A DNA stretch of 64,000 bases from Geosiphon pyriformis uo1. Taxonomy: Eukaryota > Fungi > Glomeromycota. Numbering within the stretch: position 1 is the stretch's first letter; each line of letters opens with the position of its first letter. The DNA is taken from positions 1,258,437 to 1,322,436 of the forward strand of contig JAAOMT010000523.1 of the NCBI GenBank assembly GCA_016748015.1, read 5' to 3'. The notes under the pieces were generated by a model that had not been told where the DNA came from, ran no database searches, and was given only the letters and a program-made list of their open reading frames with translations. Shown here piece by piece: positions 37,400-47,200 of this stretch. Made by a program: the position numbers and the translations under genes.

Positions 37400-40300
37400 T
37401 TAATCTTGTCTCATTTTTGAGAGGCTATCGACATTGGTATGTAGTTTTCCTGGTTTGTGGTGTACAATATATTTGTAGTCTGCTAGGAAGTCATTCCATC
37501 AAGACTGTTTGGCACTCTGTTCAGTTTTCTTTTTATTGAGCCATTTGAAGCCAATGTTGTCCGTTATTATGTCAAATTCTTTTCCATTTTTCAGATATTG
37601 TTAAAAATGTTTAAGAGCCCAAATAACTGCAGCAGCTTCCAATTCAGTTGAGCCATATTTGAGTTCTGTTGGCTTGAGTGTTCTGCTGGCATAGGCAATA
37701 ACTTGTTCTTGGCCATTTTCATCTAATTGTGATAAGATGACACCAAATACTATATGTGAGACATCAGTGGCTAATTGGAATCATTTGTTGAAGTCTGGGT
37801 AAGCAAGAACTGGGGCTGTTGTCAATTTTGTTTTGAGAATTTCAAAAGCTTTTTGTTGTTCTTCAGTCCATTTGTATGGTATGTTTTTGTTGGTAAGATA
37901 ATTGAGTGGTTTGGCAATTTCTAAGAATCCTTTTATGAATTTTCGATAGTAAGAGGCTAATCCCACAAATCCTCTTAGTTCTGTAGTATTTCTGGGGGTT
38001 TGAAAGTTTTTAACAGCATTGATTGTTCCTGGATTTGGTTTGATTCCATCTTTACTAACTATGTGTCCAAGAAAGATCAAACTTGTTTTTCCAAAGTGAC
38101 ATTTCTCAATATTTAACTTTAATTCTGCTTTCTGTAATCGTTGAAAAACTTCTTGCAGATGAATGAGATGGGCTTCAAAGCTTGGTGAGTATACATCAGT
38201 ATCATCAAGATAAACAACTACTAATTGCCACAAAAGCCCTTCATAGACAACATCCATGAGTTGCTGAAATGTTGCTAGTGCATTGCAGAGTCCAAAAGGC
38301 ATAACATTAAACTCATAATTTCCTTCTTGAGTGGTGAATGCTGTTTTGGGTCTATCTTTTGGGTCCAATTCGACTTGCCAGTATCCACTTTTCAGGTCTA
38401 AAGTTGAAAAAAACTTGGCTTTTCCCAGAGCATCTAGCATGTTATTAATTCTTGGAAAAGGGTAGGCATTTCCAATTGTAACACTATTCTGTTGTCTATA
38501 ATCAACACAGAATCTAATTTTTTCGTTTTTCTTTTTAACTAAAACTACTAGTGAGGTCCAAGAACTTCTTGATGGTTGAATCAATTCGTTATTGAGCATT
38601 CTTTGGATCTCTTCTCTGATAAATTGGTGGCTGGTAGGTGGCACTCGATAAGCTTGTTGATGTTTTGGTAGAGCATCTCCTGTATGGATCTGATGTTGAA
38701 CAATGTTTGTTTTTCCCAAGTCATTGTTGTCTTTTGCAAATATATCTGCAAATTCAGCTATCAATTGTTTCAATTGTCTTTGTTGTTAAGGTTCTAAGGA
38801 ATCCATATTAATTCGAGAGAGTTTTTCTTCCAACAAGTGGTAGTTTTCAGTAGTGGGAATGATATTTGTATTTGGGAGTAGAGTGTGCTTTATAATTTCG
38901 ATGAATTTAGAGACAATTTGAGAGTTTTCATCTTGAAAGATATTGCTGTGTATGATTCCAATTTCTAATTTGTTTAATAAAACAATAGGGTAATTATTGG
39001 GGTTGTAGAATGTAACTCAAAATTTTTTTATTCCTTTGGGAATATAAACATTTGGAATTGATATTTCATGCTTCAAACAGATTTGTTTATTGGATTCAAA
39101 GATTTGTTGTGTAGTGGTGGGTTTTGAGCAAGTGTAAATTTCGTGATGTTTTCCAAAAAGTGAAATGGTAATTGGCTGAGGAAGTTGAAGAATCTGGTGA
39201 GATTCATTTTGTGTATTAAGAACTATGTTTACTGGAACTGTAAATCATCCAGTTGAACCAAAACCTTGAGTTCCTCTTTCACTTTTTCCCAATTGTTCTC
39301 TGTTGTTTACTGATTGTAAACCCGAAATGTTGATTAAGGGTAAGTAAATTGCTTGAGCAATTTTTTCAGCATGTTCAATTTTGAATGGTTTGTCTGTCTC
39401 ATTCTGTAACATGATGGTAATGTCTCCAGTGTATTCTGTATCTATAACTCCTCCTCTAATATTGATTCTTTTGCTTGCCAATGATGATCTGGAGGCAATT
39501 TGAACCATTGCTTCTGGTGGAATTTTAAGAGCAATTTTTAAATTGATTTTTGTCAAAGACTTTGGTTGGAGAATCAAAGTATCTTTTTCTGGGTATCTCA
39601 AGTCATATCCAGCATCAATTTTGTGTGCTTTTTCTGGTCTGATTCCTTGGCCATGGTTGTCAAAATATTTAAGATGTAGAGGTGGTTGCTTTTCAAGAAG
39701 ATAGATGGGAGTGGTTGGTAGTTCTTCTACTTATTCAGATACTCCAAATTCGATTTCATTTTTATCATTCTCATCTGGCAGAGGAATGCTAAGAGCATAA
39801 CATTCTAAACACCATTGGTCATCACAAAGCCTAACACATTCTTCACACAATTAAATGTTCATTTGCTCTAATCGTTGAATTTGAGCTTTTTTGGTCGGAT
39901 ATGTGTGGCTTGCAATTTGGTGGTAGGTTTCTACTTCATCTTCATAATCAAATCCAGCTAATTCCATAGTGTACTCAATATATTCGGCTTCTTTCATTTG
40001 GTGGACATCTTCTTGAGTGGCTCTATTGATTAATGCCATTGCTAGGTCAAAAATCATTTCAGCATCATAAGAGTAGTGGTAAAGTTTATTGAGAGCACTG
40101 TTGTATGCTGCATCAAATGGTGTCTCTCTTCTGACTTTTTCCGAGATTGATAGAGCATATTGACAGGTTTGATCACATACTCCTCCTCTCATTGCTACAT
40201 CAATCCAATTGCATTCTTCTGGTAGTATTTCTCCACATGTAAGACAAGGTGTGTTGTCCCATTTTCCACTTCTTTTTGGAGATCCAAATCGTTTTCTATG

Positions 40301-43024
40301 GCATGCTTTGCAAAAGTAACAGGTACAAGTTTCATATTCCTCTTCTAGAGAAATACATGCTTCCATTGATGAAAGTTTTTTGTTGCAATCTTTGCATTTG
40401 AGTGGAATATAGAGTGGTTGTTTCTGTGGTTCTGGTGTAGAATATCTAACTTTTTTTCATCCCCTTGATTCTTTGAAAATCTCTTGTTCGGTTTCTTCAG
40501 CCCAATTGGATGTTGATCCAAGAGCCATGTAGGTTTTAGTAAGTGGCATTTCTTTCTCCTCTTCAAATTCAAATACTGGAGCTTTTTCTGATCATTTATT
40601 AAAGGTATTACAGGTTGCAGGTACTATAGTATATTGTCCTTGGTATGAGATTTTAAGTTCTTAAGTTTCCCAGTTCAGGTTTGCATTGGCCTTGAGAAGC
40701 CAATCATTTCCAACTAGAGCTTGGTATTGGGGTGCATCCATAATAAGAACTTTAACTGAAATGGTGATTCCATCAATTGAAAAAGGGAAATCATCAATTT
40801 CTCCTACTGGAGTCTTCTTCATATCATCAGCTGTGACAATAAATGTTTAAGCTGGTCTGTTTACGTTTTGTTTAAGTTGTTGCATCAGCTGGTAAGTGAT
40901 AATACTTCTAGCTGATCCACTATCTAAGATTAAGCAAATGGGTTTTTCTTCTACTGTAGCTTCTGTGTACATGGCAGTAATTGCTTTCTGTTCATTGACT
41001 GCTGCATTACTAAGCAGAAATGGTGATTCATTTGCCTCAAATTCAAATGGAAATATATCTGACAGATTAGCATTTTGGGCAATTTGAGCTGGGAGAATGG
41101 TGTGGTTGGAAGAGTTTGATCTTGGTGCTGCAATTTCACCTTCAGAAAGTGCAGTTTGTTGAAAATCCGATTCTTCTGGTATTGTAAGATAACTGGGTTG
41201 AGTGTGATAGTAATTGGGTCTTTGCTGGCCCGAATTTCTGGGAACCAACTGGTTATTTGGATTGATTCTGTTGTGGTTATTCTGCAATTGATTCTGGGGT
41301 GTGAATTGGTTATATTGAACCAATTTTCTTGCTAGTACTTGATATTGTTGAGTGAGTGGTGTCTGATATGGCTGAATTGGTAAAGGTTGCTGATATTGTT
41401 GCTGCATTGATTGTGGAGCTGGTAGATAGTAACTGTTTTGATTTTGTGGTCTTGGTGAATAATAAGTTGGTGGTGGAGATTGGTAATAGGATTGTTGTGG
41501 TGAAGAGTAATGTTGATTACTCCTGTTTTGTTGGTCTCTTTGTAATTTTCTACAATCTTGTTTCCAGTGTCCTGGAATTCCACAATAATGACAATTTTGA
41601 GATTGGTTGTTGGATGATGATCTAAAATTGTTTTGGTTGTGTTGTTGTGGGGGTTGATATCTTTCTGGTTGTTGTTGCTATTGTTGTTGGTTTGTGAAGT
41701 AGCTTTCAACTTTTTTTGTGAGTTGGTTTATCTTTTCTTCAGCTGCTGAGCTGGTTTTTCCAATTGCAAGGTTTACAAGCTTGGTGTGATTTACTTCTTT
41801 CATTGCCATTTCATAACTCTTTGCATGTTTAATAGCAGTTGCTAAGTCTGCTGGAGCATGTGGATGGACTTTTTTAATCAGTTTGTCTTTTAACCCTGTT
41901 ATAAACTGATCCAGAATTTGAGCATCAGAATAGTAGTCATTGGTTTCCAATTGTCGGATTCATCTAAGAAGTTTGTTAAATCTTCTGAGATAGGTTATAA
42001 CAGATTCAGATATTTCTTGTTTGATATTGCAAAAGCGGTTTCTGAGAGTGATAGAGGTATTGTTGTTGGTGAATTGTTATAGAAAAACATTTTTAAATGC
42101 TTGCCAGTTTTCAAATGGTTCTTCTAAATTTTCAAACCATTCTTCTGCTATTCCTTGGAGAAAGTAGGGAATTGCTTTGAGCATTCTTGCTGCAATCCAA
42201 CCATTTGCATCTCCTGCTTTTTGAACTTTGTCCAGCCATTCTTGGGGACTGGTATCATTGTTTTCACCAGTGAATTCTGGGATTTTTGCAATGTAAGCAG
42301 TTGCCATTTCTTCTTCATTTTCTGGAATTTCTTCTGGTTCTGATTCAGTTTCTTTACTTTCTAAGCTTTCTGAGTGATTACTTTCGTTTTCCTGTAAGTA
42401 ATCAATGATGTTGGCACTTGTTGATATTGGTTCTTACTGTTGAGTAGGATTTCTAGGTGACTGAAAATCTTCTGGTCTGGAGAAATGGCTAAGTAGTGAA
42501 CTTGGTGTTTGTGGTTAAACAAGTGAAATTGGAAATGGTGTAATAGAAAGTGGTAATTTGACACTGGTTTCTTGTTTAGGTGTTTGCAAGTGTTTGGCAG
42601 TTGTCTTTTGTAGTGTTAGAGTGTTTGGAGTGGTTCTTGAGTATTGCTTCAATCTTTGTTTGCCTTTATTGCTTGTTTTTGTCTCTAATTCAAACTCAAA
42701 AGAGTATTTACACTGTACTGGGTATTTTTCTTCACAATACTTAATAATATTAAAATTAAGTTCTTGGAAGTAGATAGCAAGTGTTTCACTGTTCAGGTCT
42801 TCTGTTCCCAAATGTGAATAATGCACTAAATTATTGTAGAGGTTGCTTCTAACTTCTGAAATGTTGTAGTTTCCAAAAAGATAATTGTTGATGCAGTTTT
42901 TAATGTATTGGTATACTGATTTCTTTACAATTTCAATTCCGTCTGAAATGTTGAATCTTTGCTTGCAGTGGGTGTAAATTAACTGGTAATACTCTAGAGT
43001 TGCTGTGTTTGGTATGGTCGCCAC
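37400..43024 (-). pseudogene. gag-pol: ORF1 of E: Gag-protease-Cys-rich domain-dUTPase-RT-RNase H in a single frame, broken only by point stops
   Basis: All ORF-track fragments from 43024 to 37781 share one frame; CHYCGIPGHWKQDC; LILDSGSA; YLDD. Confidence 0.95.
39245..39640 (-). pseudogene. dut: dUTPase domain within ORF1 of E
   Basis: The five trimeric dUTPase motifs: DAGYDL, SRSSLA, GVIDTEYTG, IAQ, RGTQGFGSTG. Confidence 0.93.
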
Positions 43025-43069
43025 TTTGAATTTGTTGTTGCTGTGTTATTTCCATGGGAGAGCACCAAA

Positions 43070-44073
43070 TGTTACCAGAGGTTTTTGGTCTCTTTTCTTA
43101 AATATTGGTAATGTTAATTTGCTGTGAATTCACGTTTTCAGGAAGTAGTTGAACCTCCAATAACTGAATTTATCTTCAAATTATCTCCTATAATTTGAAC
43201 TGGTGGGCTTATAAGTGGAATGGCCAATTCCTTGCCAGTTACTTTATGTAGTTACGTTGTAGTAAATGTCAACTCTTTCCTAGGAATTGCTCGTCTGGAA
43301 GCTCACTAAAAATGGGTAGTTACTTTGCTGTAAAAGTCAACTCTTCTACAGAAATCTTGTCTGTAGGCTACCCTAATGATTGTAATAAGAAAAGAAAAGG
43401 AAAATAAAAGAAATGTAAAAGAAATAAAATTTTGTCAAAAGAAACGTTTTCTATCCAGGCCTGGAGTCACTAACAGTTTACTGAAATTGGTAGCTAATCA
43501 ATTTCGAAATGTTAGTTGGATTTTGGGGATTTTCCAAGTACAATAATTAAAGAATTTGGTTTTTTCGAATTATTTGATATTTATTTCTTTTTGTGTGTAT
43601 AGGAACGGTTTTAAGAGATAAATCTAAAGTAAGATACATTTTCCAGAAGAAAAAAGCTCTTCTTTTATACAACTTGTTGTAGTACTAGTTTATGAACTTG
43701 CACTTTTTTCTCTTTGCCCAAATTCCGGCAAACTAAAGATACATTTTGATGAACTACAAGTTATTTCGCTGAACTATTGATTAATNNNNNNNNNNNNNNN
43801 NNNNNNNNNNNNNNNNNNNNNNNNNNNNNNNNNNNNTTCGGCGAATTTCTGTAAATTTCGGCAAATTTTTGAATGTTACAAAGTTCAGGGTATTGTGTAA
43901 TTTGATCATCCTACTTTCTGTTATACTAATTAGATTATTTTAATTGAATCGTGATATGTGATAATTGATTAAATAATAAATAATAATTTGAAATGATATT
44001 AATATACTAATGAATTATAGGAATTATAAGGGTAATTTCATGCTAATTAATAGCTAAAATTTTACTGGTAACA
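43070..44073 (-). repeat. 5' LTR of E
   Basis: Direct repeat of 34209-35119; PBS TGGTGCTCTCCCATGG adjacent. Confidence 0.95.
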
Positions 44074-44204
44074 TTGGAAACCAATTTTCTGGCATAGTAA
44101 GAGTCTCCAAATAGTTTTTGATATTGTTGTAATTTCTGAGATCTATTGTTGTTTGGTTATTTTTGTTGATAGGTTGGTAAGTTGTGGTAGTGTTGTTGTT
44201 GGTA

Positions 44205-47200
44205 TTAATCTTGTCTCATTTTTGAAAGGCTATCAATATTAGTGTGTAGTTTTCCTAGTTTGTGATGTACAATATACTTGTAGTCTGCTAAGAAATTATT
44301 CCATTAAGACTGTTTGGCATTTTGTTCTGTTTTCTTTTTATTGAACCATTTAAAGCCAATATTGTTAGTTATAATATCAAATTTTTTTCCATTTTCAGGT
44401 ATTGTTAAAAGTGTTTAAGAGCCCAAATGACTGTGGCAGCTTCTAATTTAGTTGAGCTATATTTGAGTTCTGTTGGTTTAAGTGTTTTATTGATATAGGC
44501 AATAACTTGTTTCTGGTGTTACCAGTAGAATTTTAGCTATTAATTAGTACGAAATTACCCTTATAATTCCTATTATTAATTAGCATACATTATTATTATT
44601 TCGATTATCACTTATTATTTAATCAAATTATTAAATATCATTACTCAATCAATAATCCGATTTGTACTCTAGAAATTAAGATGATCAAATTACACAATAC
44701 CCTGAACCATTTAACATAGTCAAAATTCGCCGAAATTAATGAAAAATCGCCGAATAATCAATAGTTTAGTGAAATAACTTGTAAATTTGCCAAAATGTAT
44801 CTTTAGTTCACCCAAATTGTAGAAAAGAGAAAAGTGCAAGTTCAAAGACTAGTACTACAACAAGTTGTATAAAAAAAGAGCTTTTCTCTTCAAGAAAATG
44901 TATCTTCTCATAGTATCTTACTATAGCATCCTACTTTAGATATCTTAATTAAAACAAATCACCTTTTACACATTTAAATAAAAATTAAATATTCGAAAAC
45001 CAAATCCTTAAATTATTACACTTGAAATTCTCTCAACACAACTAACGTTTTGAAATTGATTAGCTACCAATTTCAATAATCTGTTAGTGACTCCAAGCCT
45101 GGATAGAAAACGTTTCCCTTAATAAAATTCTATTTCTTTTACATTTTTTTTGTTTTATTTTCTTTTCTTATCATAATCATTAGAGTAGCCTACAGACAAG
45201 ATTTCTGTAGAAGAGTTAACTTTTACAACAAAGTAACTACACATTTTTAGTGAGCTTCCAGATGAGCAATTCCTGGGAAAGAGTTGACATTTACTACAAC
45301 ATAACTACACAAAGTAACTGGCATAGAATTGGCTATTTCACTTATAAGCCCAACAGTTCAAATTATAGGAGATAATTTGAAGATAAATTCAGTTACTAGA
45401 GGTCCAACTACTTTCTAGAAACATGAATTCACAGCAAATCAACATTAACAACATTTAAGAAAAGAGACCAAAAACCTCTGGTAACACTGGCCATTTTCAT
45501 TCAATTGTGATAAAATAGCACCAAATACTATATGTAAAACATCAGTAACTAGTTGGAACTATTTGTTGAAATTTGGGTAAGCAAGACCTGGGGCTGTTGT
45601 CAATTTTGTTTTGAGAGTTTCAAAAGCTTTCTGTTGTTCTTTAGTCCATTGATATGGCACATTTTTGTTGGTAAGATAATTGAATGGTTTGGCAATTTTT
45701 GAGAATTCTTTGATGAATTTTTGATAGTAAGAAGCTAATTCTACAAATCCTCATAGCTCTGTAATATTTTTGGAAGTTTGAAAGTTTTTGACAGCACTGA
45801 TTGTTCTAGAGTTTGGTTTGACTCCATCTTTGCTAATAATGTATTCAAGAAAAATTAAGCTTGTTTTTCTAAAGTAATATTTTTCAATGTTCAATTTTAA
45901 TCTTGCTTTTCATAATCATTGAAAAACTTTTCACAAGTGGATAAGATGAGCTTTGAAGCTTGGTGAATATACATTAGTGTTATCTAGATAGACAACTAAT
46001 AATTGTCATAAAAGTCTTTTATATACAACATCCATAAGTTGCTGAAATGTTGCTGGTATATTGCAAAATCCAAAAGACATAATATTAAATTCATAGTTTT
46101 CTTCTTGGGTGGTAAATGCTGTTTTGGGTTAATCTTTTAGGTCTATTTTGACTTGCTAATATTCACTTTTTAAGTTTAAAGTTGGCTTTTTCTAAAGCAT
46201 TTAGCATGTCATTAATTCTTGGAAGAGAATAGATATTTCCAATTGTTATGCTGTTAAGCTGATAATAATTTACACAGAATCTAATTTTTCTATTTTTTTT
46301 CTTGACAAAAACCACTGGTAAGGCCCAAAAACTTCTTGATGGTTGAATTAATCAATTATTGAGCATTCTCTGGACTTCTTCCCTAATGAATTGGTGGCTG
46401 ACAAGTGGTACTCTATAAGCTTGTTGACATTTTAGTGGAACATCTCTTGTGTAAATCTGGTGTTAAACAATATTAGTTTTTCCAAGATCATTATTGTCTT
46501 TTGCAAATATATTAGCAAATTCAGCTATCAACTGTTTCAATTGTTTTTGTTGTTAAAATTCCAAGGGACCCATGTTAATTTGAAATAGTTTTTCTTCTAA
46601 AAAATGGTAGTTTTTAATAGTAGCAATGATATTTGGGTTTGGAAATAGTATATGTCTTACAATTTTGATAAAATTGCTAACAATTTGAGGGTTTTTATTT
46701 TGAAAGATATTGCTATGTATGATTCCAGTTTCTAATTTATTTAATAAAACAATAGGGTAGTTATTGGAATTGTAAAAAATAACTCGAAATTTTTTATTTC
46801 TTTTGGTATGTAAACATTTGGAATTATGATTTTATGTTTTGAACAGATTTGTTTATTGGATTCAAAGACTTGTTGAGTAGTAGTAGATTTCGAGCAAGTG
46901 TAAATTTTGTGATGTTTTTCAAAAGATAAAATGGTAATTGGATGAAGAAGTTGAAGAATTTGGTAAGATTTATTTTGTACATTGAAAGCTATATTTACTG
47001 GAACTGTAAATCATCCAGTTGAACCAAAATCTTGAGTTCCTCTTTTACTTTTTCCTAATTGTTCTCTGTTGTTAACTGATTGTAAATCTGAAATGTTGAT
47101 TAAGAGTAGATAAATTGCTTGAGCAATTTTTTTAGCATGTTCAATTCTGAATGATTTGTCTGTTTCATTCTGTAACATGATTGTAATGTCTCCAGTGTAT

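Larger units (their letters stand above)
34209..44073 (-). mobile_element. Full-length, youngest F1 element E (~9.9 kb), TSD TTGG
   Basis: Near-identical LTRs 34209-35119 and 43070-44073, each with an N gap over the U3 repeats; TTGG at 34205-34208 and 44074-44077; PBS ~43052-43067. Confidence 0.96.
32153..44146 (-). pseudogene. int: Integrase of D, split by a solo LTR (33081-33819) and element E
   Basis: Segments 32153-33080, 33824-34208 and 44078-44146 are colinear with the integrase of E. Confidence 0.85.
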
